This document shows positions 19,912-29,133 of a stretch of DNA of 64,000 nucleotides, piece by piece. This stretch comes from Bdellovibrionales bacterium RIFCSPHIGHO2_01_FULL_40_29. GTDB taxonomy: Bacteria > Bdellovibrionota > Bdellovibrionia > Bdellovibrionales > Bdellovibrionaceae. A program made the translations under genes and the position numbers. The stretch is from positions 2,346 through 66,345 of the forward strand of contig MEPU01000005.1 in the NCBI GenBank assembly GCA_001771815.1. The letters run 5' to 3'. The notes below the pieces were generated by a model that was given only the letters and a program-made list of their open reading frames with translations, was not told the origin of the DNA and did not search any database. How positions within the stretch are numbered: position 1 is the first letter of the stretch; each line of letters opens with the position of its first letter.

Positions 19912-19946
19912 AAAAATCCCTTAAATAGTCTTGAGGGATTTTTTTT
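19912..19946 (+). terminator. Intrinsic terminator
   Basis: AAAATCCCTTAA-ATAGTC-TTGAGGGATTTT stem followed by a T run. Confidence 0.8.
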
Positions 19947-20007
19947 GGTTCAAGTCCATTGATATATAAACCGATGTACTCTACATAATTAGAACGGTCG
20001 GGAAAGT

Positions 20008-20898
20008 ATGTTCAATCGATTTCGCAAAGATCCAAATTATCTGATGAAGTACCATCTGACAGTGGCGATGGTTCTTTTTTGCTTCAACGCTGTCATTTTG
20101 TATTTTTCACCACCTCAGTGGCCCATTCTATTGTGGTATCTTCCAGCCATTCTATTAATGACTTCGACAGAACTTAAAACTGTGATGCTAGCTGTGGCTT
20201 ATGCTTGGACTGTTAGCTTTGTTCGTGCAGACTATTCGTATCAAAGTGCCCTCGCAGTCCTTCTTGCAGTTCTTTTAACATGCCCCTTAAGTAGTTGGAT
20301 TCACTCACCATCTCACGGAAGCATGCGTCCGAGATGGCTGAATCGACCACTGGGAGAATTTATTGGCTTAGTGCAATTAACTGGCTTTCCCGACTGGACG
20401 ATTCTGCATGTTTTTCACCATCAACATCCTGACGATGCCAAACTAGACCCGCATCCACCTCTGCAAAAAAACTATTGGGAATTTGCCTTTGGCATGCGAG
20501 CCCATATTGGAAACTGCTTCATGCGCCACTACTTTAAGTATTTTGGAGAGAGTCCGCTTTCTATCAAGCGGGTTGGTTACTTTCTGAAGGCAGCCAAGTT
20601 TAATATGCTGATGAAAGTTTGTTTCTGGTATTTTGTTTTTGGTCCACAAAATTTTACTTTCTTTTTCACCACATCTATTCTTTTAAAAATGCTTCATTAC
20701 GCTTGGTTCAATTACGCTACTCACAAGATCGATAAAAATGGCGACTATATGATTAAAAATTTAGATCATTCATTCTATCGTTTAATTAATCTGATTGCCT
20801 CCGGTCTTTACTACCATGGCAATCACCACACTAATCCCCATTTTCACAATCCTAAAAATATCCCTGTAAAAAATCCTGCCCCTGCTAAAAGTGCCTAA
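20008..20898 (+). CDS. Membrane fatty acid desaturase family protein
   Basis: Three His boxes: HSPSH, HVFHH, HGNHH; transmembrane segments. Confidence 0.85.
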   Translation: MFNRFRKDPNYLMKYHLTVAMVLFCFNAVILYFSPPQWPILLWYLPAILLMTSTELKTVMLAVAYAWTVSFVRADYSYQSALAVLLAVLLTCPLSSWIHSPSHGSMRPRWLNRPLGEFIGLVQLTGFPDWTILHVFHHQHPDDAKLDPHPPLQKNYWEFAFGMRAHIGNCFMRHYFKYFGESPLSIKRVGYFLKAAKFNMLMKVCFWYFVFGPQNFTFFFTTSILLKMLHYAWFNYATHKIDKNGDYMIKNLDHSFYRLINLIASGLYYHGNHHTNPHFHNPKNIPVKNPAPAKSA

Positions 20899-21038
20899 GG
20901 ACTTAATAAAAATCACCCGCAGCAAACAATATATTGTATGTATACGTTAAGGTTCTATTAAGATTCAAAGCCCCCTCTAGAAACCTTAAAAATGTGTGGT
21001 ACAAGTCCCTTCACAAACAATTTACCAAAGGACTTAAA

Positions 21039-21395
21039 ATGAAAACAGTAATCATCGCTATCAGCCTTTTCGTAGCTCAAGTGACTTTCGCTCAAATTTC
21101 TGGTTCAAAAAATGAAATTCGCCATCAAGATCTGATGACAGATAGTATTTTTCAAAACTGCGGTCCGATGTTCAACTTAGTTCAAGTTGCGCAAACTGAA
21201 AAAGTTGAGAAAATCGATCAAGGAGTACAAGATGTTAAATTCACAACACTTATTGTTGGAACATCGGTTACAGACCAAATGAATGAAGATACTTATGAAA
21301 TCACTATTGAATCTGAATTTACTGATGCTTACGATCACTCGACTCAAACTTGGGGCTCTTATAGCATTAGTTCTATTTCTTGTGTGTTGAAGTAA
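21039..21395 (+). CDS. Secreted hypothetical protein
   Basis: AAAGGA RBS; signal MKTVIIAISLFVAQVTFA; Cys pair. Confidence 0.75.
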   Translation: MKTVIIAISLFVAQVTFAQISGSKNEIRHQDLMTDSIFQNCGPMFNLVQVAQTEKVEKIDQGVQDVKFTTLIVGTSVTDQMNEDTYEITIESEFTDAYDHSTQTWGSYSISSISCVLK

Positions 21396-22146
21396 TTTTT
21401 TTGATCAACCATTCAGAGTCTTCAAAGGCAATATCATGCCCTGCTGTTGGATGAGTCTCCATTTCGCAGAGCCAATGCTGTTGAATATCTTGACTGCATT
21501 GGCTCTGAACAAGACGATCTTTAAAACCCCTGAGTATAATTACCGAACTCGGCATCGCCTTGGGAAAATGATAAAGTGATGCCGCTATTAATTGTCGAAT
21601 AATATTTATTTTTTTGACTGGATACAATCTTGAATAATCAACCACCGCCTGATAGGCACTTCTAAAATCAGACATGAGTTTTTCTTCCGTCAGATTTGTC
21701 GTCGCCAGAAGTAATTTTTTTTCAAGTTCTTCTAGATTTTGACTGAGTCGTTCCCAAATCCCATTAAAAAATTGTCCCACTGAAAAACGCATCCAGGGTT
21801 TGGAGAAATTCGCAGAACTCGTGTTTATTAAGTACAATTTAGAAAATAAATTTGAATCAATCACAGCCCACTCGACAAGCGCCATCCCGCCTAGTGATAA
21901 GCCGACTCCATAAGTTTGCCCAGGAACTTGAAAAAAATCAGACTGTTGTAATTGTTTTTCAAGATAGGGAATATATTCAGATAAAACCCACGGAGACTTC
22001 TCAGAGTTCAAAGATCCATTCCCCGGCAAATCCAACCAATATATTTTATCCTGTGGAAATGCCGACTGCATTTTCTGAATGAAAACACCCCAATGTCCAT
22101 GACCTCGCCCCAATCCACGCAAAACAATCCATTTAGTTATTTCCAT
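21373..22146 (-). CDS. Alpha/beta hydrolase
   Basis: LRGLGR, LDLPGNG, GLSLGG nucleophile, KDRLV, AGHD. Confidence 0.9.
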   Translation of the reverse strand: MEITKWIVLRGLGRGHGHWGVFIQKMQSAFPQDKIYWLDLPGNGSLNSEKSPWVLSEYIPYLEKQLQQSDFFQVPGQTYGVGLSLGGMALVEWAVIDSNLFSKLYLINTSSANFSKPWMRFSVGQFFNGIWERLSQNLEELEKKLLLATTNLTEEKLMSDFRSAYQAVVDYSRLYPVKKINIIRQLIAASLYHFPKAMPSSVIILRGFKDRLVQSQCSQDIQQHWLCEMETHPTAGHDIAFEDSEWLIKKITSTHKK

Positions 22147-23152
22147 TGTACCAGGTGCCAAGCCCTTTCTGATGATAGGCATTCAAATCCATTTTCTTAA
22201 AATCATCCGTTTCCATAAAAACTAAGAAGCGAGTTAAGAAATCAATCAAAAGCTGATGCCGTCTAAAAATTCGCTTCATCCGATGCTGTTTGATCGGATT
22301 AAACAAGCCATTCAAATTAAAAATCTGCACCGGATTTTTTTTAACCCAAAGCCAACTTCCCAATTCTAACGTCAACGGTAAAAAGCGAGAGCTTTTAACG
22401 CGATCATGTAATAAATAATCCCACAAATCGCCATGCGTGCAATACACTTTTGATTGAGGTTCAATCTTATAGATATGATGTGGGTATAGAGATTCAAACA
22501 TGTCTGTCAAAACTTGCATCAAATCCAAACGGAAAAATGGCTTTTTACTAAATGCCCACGGAAACCAAATTTGATCTCTTAATCCAAAACCAGAATGAAT
22601 ATCCAACGAGATCACTGCTCGAGACCGAGACACCTCCATCTCGACGGTATCCACTAAAAATTGAGCTTCGGGCTGCATTGGTTGTTCGCCCATATACCAG
22701 GGCAGGTGTTTTGAAATTTGGTGACCACCAATTAAAAATGCAGTCTTTTTTTCAGTTGAGACGATGGGAGCATTCCTCATCAAATCCACACCAGCTCCAT
22801 TAGATCTGGTGTGACGATAAATTCCAATGGGGTTAACCATCGGAATAAAAACAATACGCAATTGCTTTAATTGATTTTGAAGGACAACATCCCACTGAGA
22901 CAGTTCAAAATACTTTTCTAAAAGAGAAATACACAGCTGTGAGCCAATTCGTTCAAGTCCATGAACTCCACCAACAAGTATCAGGGTTGAGGCATCACTT
23001 TCATCACTGCCACAAGTGATTTTCCAAAGTGGAAATGATTTGGAATCATGTGTCACTGTTGAGATCTGTTCAAACTTCCATATGGAACTGCCATGGGATC
23101 GTAGCCGTAATTTTTCGATTCGAGTGTATTCTTCTAATATCTCAGGATTCAT
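22133..23152 (-). CDS. M14 zinc carboxypeptidase (DUF2817-like)
   Basis: GGVHGLERIG, VNPIG, RSNGAGVDLMRN, DIHSGFG, TLELG. Confidence 0.9.
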   Translation of the reverse strand: MNPEILEEYTRIEKLRLRSHGSSIWKFEQISTVTHDSKSFPLWKITCGSDESDASTLILVGGVHGLERIGSQLCISLLEKYFELSQWDVVLQNQLKQLRIVFIPMVNPIGIYRHTRSNGAGVDLMRNAPIVSTEKKTAFLIGGHQISKHLPWYMGEQPMQPEAQFLVDTVEMEVSRSRAVISLDIHSGFGLRDQIWFPWAFSKKPFFRLDLMQVLTDMFESLYPHHIYKIEPQSKVYCTHGDLWDYLLHDRVKSSRFLPLTLELGSWLWVKKNPVQIFNLNGLFNPIKQHRMKRIFRRHQLLIDFLTRFLVFMETDDFKKMDLNAYHQKGLGTWYNGNN

Positions 23153-23190
23153 GCCTAAAATCGTACCATGCTGGTTTCAAAAAGAAAATC

Positions 23191-24021
23191 TTAGTTATTT
23201 CTAAACTTTCTTTCTACTTGATTGGACAAATTTTCAACACGCATCACAGTTAAAAAATCCATACAGTTCATTACTGTATCCCAAGCTGGTGGTCCAGTCA
23301 CTTTAGCTCCAAATTTTATATAGGACTTTAATAGAGAGGGAATAATCTCTTTGACCTCCATGAGCTGATCCGTACTAAGAGGTAATGAATATTCAGATAA
23401 ATACTCATCCAAAAGTGGAACATGATATACAAACTGGGGTTCTGTTGCGTAATCTTGATCAATCAGATCAACTGATTCAAAGTATCTCATCACGAGTGCT
23501 GCTTGTCTTGAATTCATGTTTTTTATACTTGAGCACCCGAATAAAATATCCGCCTGACAACTCTTCATATACGCGTATATCCCGCGCCAAAGTAAACTGA
23601 TCACTATTCCATTTCGATGATTCTCAGCAATACAAGCTCGTCCTAACTCAACACAACTTTTCTTACTGGAGATGATCGTCTGCAACTTGAATTCCATGGA
23701 TGAATAAAAATCTGTCTCCTCTGAAGAATGATTCATTCGATATGTACCTACAACAGCCTTTGTTTCTTTATGAAGAATAATCAAATGGTCACAGACAGAA
23801 TCGAACTGATCAATGTCATATAGTCGCCCTCTGCTATGATCCACTCCAAAAAATACTTCATTTCGCAATAAAAATGCAGATTTTAACTCGTCTCTATGAG
23901 TTGCAGTTTTCAATATATAAGAACCCACTTCGATTTCAAAGGAAACCTTGGGCATAAATTTATGCATTTCATAACTACGAAACTTCAAGTTCTGCTGAAA
24001 CTTAGTAATAAGTGTGCGCAC
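23191..24021 (-). CDS. olsB: OlsB-like GNAT ornithine N-acyltransferase
   Basis: LRNEVF, DIDQFDSVCDHL, VVGTYRM, VELGRACI, PSLLKSYIKFGA, PAWD. Confidence 0.8.
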   Translation of the reverse strand: MRTLITKFQQNLKFRSYEMHKFMPKVSFEIEVGSYILKTATHRDELKSAFLLRNEVFFGVDHSRGRLYDIDQFDSVCDHLIILHKETKAVVGTYRMNHSSEETDFYSSMEFKLQTIISSKKSCVELGRACIAENHRNGIVISLLWRGIYAYMKSCQADILFGCSSIKNMNSRQAALVMRYFESVDLIDQDYATEPQFVYHVPLLDEYLSEYSLPLSTDQLMEVKEIIPSLLKSYIKFGAKVTGPPAWDTVMNCMDFLTVMRVENLSNQVERKFRNN

Positions 24022-24940
24022 AAGCGGACTCCTTTGCAGTGAATGTAGGTTTTAATTTAAATAAAATTTCCAACAAATGAAGAACCAATGAGTAGACATG
24101 ATTCAGCTCGCTAGCAGAGGCTGCCAACGATGGATTTACTTCAACAAAATCAACATTCATAAGCTTTCCAGATTCGCTCACCAAATTGAAAATTTGTTCA
24201 ACATCCTTAAGCCTCAGACCACCAGAAACTGGTACTCCGGTGCAAATACCATAGCTTGGATCCATTGAATCAATATCAAAACTAAGATGTATTTTTTCAT
24301 AGCGATCATTTTTTTTTCTGAGATACTTAAGGACATGCTCCATTCCTTCAGTAGTAATCTGATCCGCAGTAAAGACTGTTATGTTTGCTTTTTTTAAAAG
24401 TACTTTTTCAAATGGGTCCAAATCACGAAGCCCTATATAAGTCATCTGCTCTGGCTTGAGTGTTTTTTGCATCCATTGCAACAGCAGGGGCCGTCTTGAA
24501 GATTCACTCATTAAATAATACGCTGGCATACCATGAAAATTCCCCGTAAGACTTTCTCCAATACAATTAGCATCAGCATGGGCATCAATCCAAAGAACAT
24601 GTGTTTTTTGATTTTTTCTTAAACTCGCCTCTATTGTTGAAATGGCTATACTGTGATCACCACCAAAATTAAGGCACCTGTTATTTTGATAAATCCCTTG
24701 AGTGGTGGCATGACAAAGCTCTTCATACTTTGCGACATCCATCCGAAAAAGATCTGCATCTGAAAAACAGTGAATAGGTTCGGTACGTATCGAAGATTTC
24801 ACTTGTTTTATTATCTCAAAATCAAATAGATAATTCTTTTTAAGAAACTTGAATAAGATGTTTGAGGATTCAATCATCCCTTTTTTCGCTTGACCAATTT
24901 CGAAGTCTGCCCCGACCAAAGAAATTTTTTCTAACTGCAT
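24002..24940 (-). CDS. rocF: Arginase
   Basis: GGDHSIA, WIDAHAD, GNFHGMP, SFDIDSMDP, TGVPVSGG, VEVNP. Confidence 0.92.
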   Translation of the reverse strand: MQLEKISLVGADFEIGQAKKGMIESSNILFKFLKKNYLFDFEIIKQVKSSIRTEPIHCFSDADLFRMDVAKYEELCHATTQGIYQNNRCLNFGGDHSIAISTIEASLRKNQKTHVLWIDAHADANCIGESLTGNFHGMPAYYLMSESSRRPLLLQWMQKTLKPEQMTYIGLRDLDPFEKVLLKKANITVFTADQITTEGMEHVLKYLRKKNDRYEKIHLSFDIDSMDPSYGICTGVPVSGGLRLKDVEQIFNLVSESGKLMNVDFVEVNPSLAASASELNHVYSLVLHLLEILFKLKPTFTAKESACAHTYY

Positions 24941-25079
24941 ACCATAAGATTAACGAGCTAAATGATTCATTGTCGTGTTAGGTTTAAGTTAAGATAGTTA
25001 AAGTGTTATGTTGCGTCTTGCTAGAGTCCTGACACAATCCTGACTTTGATAAAGTGAACTTATCTCATAAAATATCAAC

Positions 25080-25775
25080 GTGATACATCTTACACAGGCT
25101 CTTACAAAAACTGTTACAATTTTTTTTCACCTCAGTCTTCAACTTTTACGAAGTCACTTTAGAGAAGATATTAGTTTACTAAAACAATGCTGGGCTCAAA
25201 AATTTCTAAAATATCTTAATATAGAACTGCAAGTTGTTGGAAATCCGCATTTCACAGGACCTCTCATTTTGCTTGGAAACCATATTAGTTACACCGATAT
25301 TCCTCTACTGATGGCTTGTCACAGTAAGATCTCATTTCTTTCAAAAAGTGAAATTAAAAAATGGCCTCTCATTGGAAGGGCAGCAAAAAAAATGAATACT
25401 GTGTTTGTTGAGCGTCATTCGACCCAATCCAGATTCGAGGCCAAACTTCAGATTGCTCAATCGCTACAAAAAAATAATGCCCTTTTGGCAGCCTTCCCAT
25501 CTGGAACCACTAGCTTAAAAGAGACCACGCCATGGCGGCACGGATTGTTCCAAATTGCTGTAGAAAACAAAATTCCAGTTCAGTTCTTTAAAATTCATTA
25601 CACTAATGCACGAAGTATCGCCTATATCGATGATGATACATTTTTATCTCATCTTTTTAATTTAACAAAAATAAAAAAAATTATAGCCACCATCGAGTTT
25701 CACGAACCTGTTTTAATAAAAAATCCAATTCAATGCAGTCAAAAATGGCAAAAGTGGACCCAGACACTGAGTTAA
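25080..25775 (+). CDS. Lysophospholipid acyltransferase (PlsC family, OlsA-like)
   Basis: NHISYTD, FLSKSEIKKWPLIG, VFVER, FPSGTT. Confidence 0.9.
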   Translation: MIHLTQALTKTVTIFFHLSLQLLRSHFREDISLLKQCWAQKFLKYLNIELQVVGNPHFTGPLILLGNHISYTDIPLLMACHSKISFLSKSEIKKWPLIGRAAKKMNTVFVERHSTQSRFEAKLQIAQSLQKNNALLAAFPSGTTSLKETTPWRHGLFQIAVENKIPVQFFKIHYTNARSIAYIDDDTFLSHLFNLTKIKKIIATIEFHEPVLIKNPIQCSQKWQKWTQTLS

Positions 25776-25846
25776 GGTCTATTTGCAATCATTCCTTTCT
25801 ATTCAATGGTCTTTTTTTCCGCTATTCTCCCTACAAGGAGAAACTC

Positions 25847-26545
25847 ATGCAACAAATCAGAAAATCAGACGACAGAGGTTTTGCAAATCACGGATGGCTT
25901 AAATCTCGCCACACCTTTTCATTTGCAGATTATTATGATCCCAAGCACATGGGTTTTCGAAATTTGCGAGTGATTAACGAAGATCGTATCCAAGGAGGAA
26001 CCGGATTCGGATCTCATCCCCACAAAGATATGGAAATTATTTCTTATGTGGTCAGCGGATCTCTAGAGCACAAAGATTCGATGGGAACAAAAACCATCAT
26101 TCGCCCTGGTGAAGTGCAACGAATGAGCGCGGGTTCTGGCATTACCCACTCCGAATACAATGCAATGCCTCAGGATGAAACTCATTTTTTTCAAATTTGG
26201 ATTATGCCCAATGCAAAAGGCGGAGAACCCGGATACGGACAAAAATCTTTTGAAGCCGATTTGAATTCAAAAAATTTGGTACTTGTTGTTTCTCAGGACT
26301 CTCGTGACGGATCCATTGGCATTAAACAAGATGCTGATCTTTATATTTCACGATTGAAAAAACAAGAACAACTTGAATTTAAAGTAAGGCCCACTCGCGG
26401 TGTTTGGATACAAGTCGTTCAGGGTAAAATCACTCTCAATGAGACTGAAATTTCTACAGGAGACGCTATGTCTTTTGAAAATGAAGAGCTTTTAAAAATC
26501 AAAGCCTTAGACCAAAGTGAATTTATGATATTCGATCTTGCTTAA
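25847..26545 (+). CDS. Pirin family protein (YhhW-like)
   Basis: AAGGAG RBS; HGWLKSRHTFSF, HPHKDMEI, HSEYN, QIWI. Confidence 0.95.
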   Translation: MQQIRKSDDRGFANHGWLKSRHTFSFADYYDPKHMGFRNLRVINEDRIQGGTGFGSHPHKDMEIISYVVSGSLEHKDSMGTKTIIRPGEVQRMSAGSGITHSEYNAMPQDETHFFQIWIMPNAKGGEPGYGQKSFEADLNSKNLVLVVSQDSRDGSIGIKQDADLYISRLKKQEQLEFKVRPTRGVWIQVVQGKITLNETEISTGDAMSFENEELLKIKALDQSEFMIFDLA

Positions 26546-26617
26546 AAGTTAGGAGAGTTCTTATGGCATATGTTCTAAATCATAAGAATTTTCCAAAACA
26601 AAGCCTACGATCAATGC

Positions 26618-28132
26618 ATGAAAAAATGTTCGACCTCTGATATTTCTTTAAAGTCCAATTTTTTGGGCCCACAAGCCGAAAATGCTAATTTTTTGCAAGT
26701 CGCCTTTGTTGAAATACTCTCGCAGTACTTTGACTGGAGAAAATCTCTTTTTCCAAAAGATGGTGCAGCCATTTCATTTGCAGATCAACAGAATCCACTT
26801 TTCCTAGAGAATCAAAAAAATCTACGCCAGCTTACAAATAATCTTTCAACACTTTTACAAAAGGAAATTCCGCAGTTCTCGCCACGTTATTTGGGACATA
26901 TGTTTTCGGAGCTTTCACTTCCAGGGCTTCTGGGGCATGTCGCGGCATTACTTCATAATCCCAATAATATTTCTAAGGAATCCTCGCATGTAGGACTTCA
27001 AATTGAAGCTGATGCCATCAAAGCGCTTTATAAAATGTTTCGCTGGCCGCAGGGGTTAGGACACTTAACCTCGGGGGGAACAGTTGCTAATCTTGAGGCC
27101 TTACTTCGTATGCGATCTCAGATTTCACCCGAGATGTGGCCTGAAGCTAAATTACTAACTTCGGCTGCGGCCCATTACTCGTGGAAGAAAAATTTAAAAA
27201 TCATGGGCTTCCCTGATTCGGCACTTGTTGAAATTCCCTTGGATGCACAGGGGCGTATGTCGACGTCATACTTGAAAAAACTGTTACCCACACTGAAATC
27301 TCCTATTCTAGGAATTGTCACTTTGTTTGGATCGACAGAACGCGGAACTATTGACGATATTGATACAATAAGCAAACTTCTTAAAAAACGCATCTGGCAT
27401 CATGTGGATGCAGCTTATGGAGGATTCTTTGCCTCTGTGGCGATCAAAAAAAACTCCTATCTTTCAAAGCAGGCATTGGCTTTAAAAAATGTTGATAGCA
27501 TCACACTTGATCCCCATAAGTTGGGATATGTTCCCTATGGATGCGGGGCTTTCCTGTGCCGTCAGCGAAAAAATTATTTCTATACTGATGTTGAAGCTCC
27601 TTATATTCAGTTTCAATCCGCTCAAGAGGCCGGTGTTCAATCTGTCGAAGGCTCCAGGCCTGCTACCGGAGCTGCCGCAACCTGGCTCACGGCTCAATCG
27701 TTAGGCTTTCATGAAAATGGATTAGGCCGAGTTTTAACCAGACATCTCGAAGTGAAAAATAGTTTTCAAAAATTGCTGCAACGAAAAGTGAAAGGTCTTC
27801 TTTTTACTAAAGGTTCAGATTTGAATATACTTTGCTGGACAGTTTTGCCAGGGAGCAAAAAATTATCCCGATCCAATCAATGGGTGGATCAAATTTTTGA
27901 TCTGCTTCCCCAAGGGGACAGGCCGTATTATGTTTCAAAGACCTCTCTACCTCTGGAAAAGAATGCTTGGCTTGCTCAACAACTTAAAAAAGCTCGCCTT
28001 GAACTTGATGCTGACTCCTGCCACTTGGTGCGAATGACCCTGATGAACCCATTTTTACTGACAAAAGAAACTCAAACTCAGTTTACTGAAGACTTTGTAA
28101 AAATACTGAGAAAAATTTCTAAAGGTAATTGA
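26618..28132 (+). CDS. Group II PLP-dependent decarboxylase (tyrosine-decarboxylase-like); true start may be 26563 via a frameshift
   Basis: SPRYLGHMFSE, SGGTVANLEAL, AHYSWKK, HVDAAYGG, DPHKLGYVPY. Confidence 0.88.
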   Translation: MKKCSTSDISLKSNFLGPQAENANFLQVAFVEILSQYFDWRKSLFPKDGAAISFADQQNPLFLENQKNLRQLTNNLSTLLQKEIPQFSPRYLGHMFSELSLPGLLGHVAALLHNPNNISKESSHVGLQIEADAIKALYKMFRWPQGLGHLTSGGTVANLEALLRMRSQISPEMWPEAKLLTSAAAHYSWKKNLKIMGFPDSALVEIPLDAQGRMSTSYLKKLLPTLKSPILGIVTLFGSTERGTIDDIDTISKLLKKRIWHHVDAAYGGFFASVAIKKNSYLSKQALALKNVDSITLDPHKLGYVPYGCGAFLCRQRKNYFYTDVEAPYIQFQSAQEAGVQSVEGSRPATGAAATWLTAQSLGFHENGLGRVLTRHLEVKNSFQKLLQRKVKGLLFTKGSDLNILCWTVLPGSKKLSRSNQWVDQIFDLLPQGDRPYYVSKTSLPLEKNAWLAQQLKKARLELDADSCHLVRMTLMNPFLLTKETQTQFTEDFVKILRKISKGN

Positions 28133-28139
28133 TATTTTT

Positions 28140-29123
28140 TTATTCATCATCCCAGTCCAAAAGACGTTGTTCACCCGTTAACTTTTGAATCTCAGTAATA
28201 TCTTGGGACATTTCAATAACGCCTTTATAGCGCCGCTGACTGTCTCGAATAGCAAAGTATCGAATATGAATGAGACGTTCTTTAAAACGAATCCAAAATG
28301 CCGCTTCATTTTTGGATCCTGATTTAAATTCTTCTAATATACGTAGAACCGTTCCTACACTTTTCGGTGGATGACAAAATCGTACTTCACGCCCAATGAT
28401 TCCAGCACTTCGTGGAAAAACTCTGTCTTCACCACGATTGTAAAAAATAACGCGATCATTTTCATCCACATAGGTCAAATCAATCGGCATAAACTTCAAT
28501 AACAAGTTCACCTGCTCTGGAGTCATGTATCCTTCTTCCAGAGTCACGCGCCCTTCTGGTTTATCATTTTTAATGCTAACGACCTCTGATAGATCCACTT
28601 TTTTTTGGCTTGGGTAGTCGGCTGGCTTGTGCTGAAACATCCAACCTATTTCCTCTTCACCAACACGCATCAATCTCCATTCTTCTTCGCTTAATACTTG
28701 TAAACTCGCTGGGAAAAGTCGCATTTCTTCGACCATCATTAAGTGTTGCATTTCTCCGACGACAACTCCGATGTCTTTATTTAAAGAATCAAGGTTTCGA
28801 GTTTCTATTTTTTTTCTTATAGATCTCATTAAATCTCGAATTTGATCATGAAAATTCCACATACCTTGACTGGGGCCTGTGATTCCATGCTTTTCAAGAA
28901 AAGGAAAAAGTTGATTCTCTTTACGGGCGTATCTTTTCTCAACCTCTGAAAGTTGATTGAATAAATTAAAAAACTTTTGAAAATCAACATTCACATCTGT
29001 TTGACTGATTTCATTTAGTATTTCTTGCAAGTAAATATTCTCTTCAATGTAAGTTCGTATCGGATGCCCTGCTGATAGACCTCGTGCATACGGTTGATAA
29101 GAACTCTCAGGCGGGTTAGTCAT
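28140..29123 (-). CDS. DUF438/hemerythrin-like + PAS_10 protein
   Basis: AGHPIRTY, RKENQLFPFLE, MWNFHD, EEMRLFP, IDLTYVDENDRVIFYN, CHPPKS; AGGAG RBS. Confidence 0.88.
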   Translation of the reverse strand: MTNPPESSYQPYARGLSAGHPIRTYIEENIYLQEILNEISQTDVNVDFQKFFNLFNQLSEVEKRYARKENQLFPFLEKHGITGPSQGMWNFHDQIRDLMRSIRKKIETRNLDSLNKDIGVVVGEMQHLMMVEEMRLFPASLQVLSEEEWRLMRVGEEEIGWMFQHKPADYPSQKKVDLSEVVSIKNDKPEGRVTLEEGYMTPEQVNLLLKFMPIDLTYVDENDRVIFYNRGEDRVFPRSAGIIGREVRFCHPPKSVGTVLRILEEFKSGSKNEAAFWIRFKERLIHIRYFAIRDSQRRYKGVIEMSQDITEIQKLTGEQRLLDWDDE

Positions 29124-29133
29124 ACTTTGTCTC

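Noticed and set aside
20934-21038. N-terminal extension of the 153-aa ORF
   Set aside because: RBS and signal peptide point to the ATG at 21039
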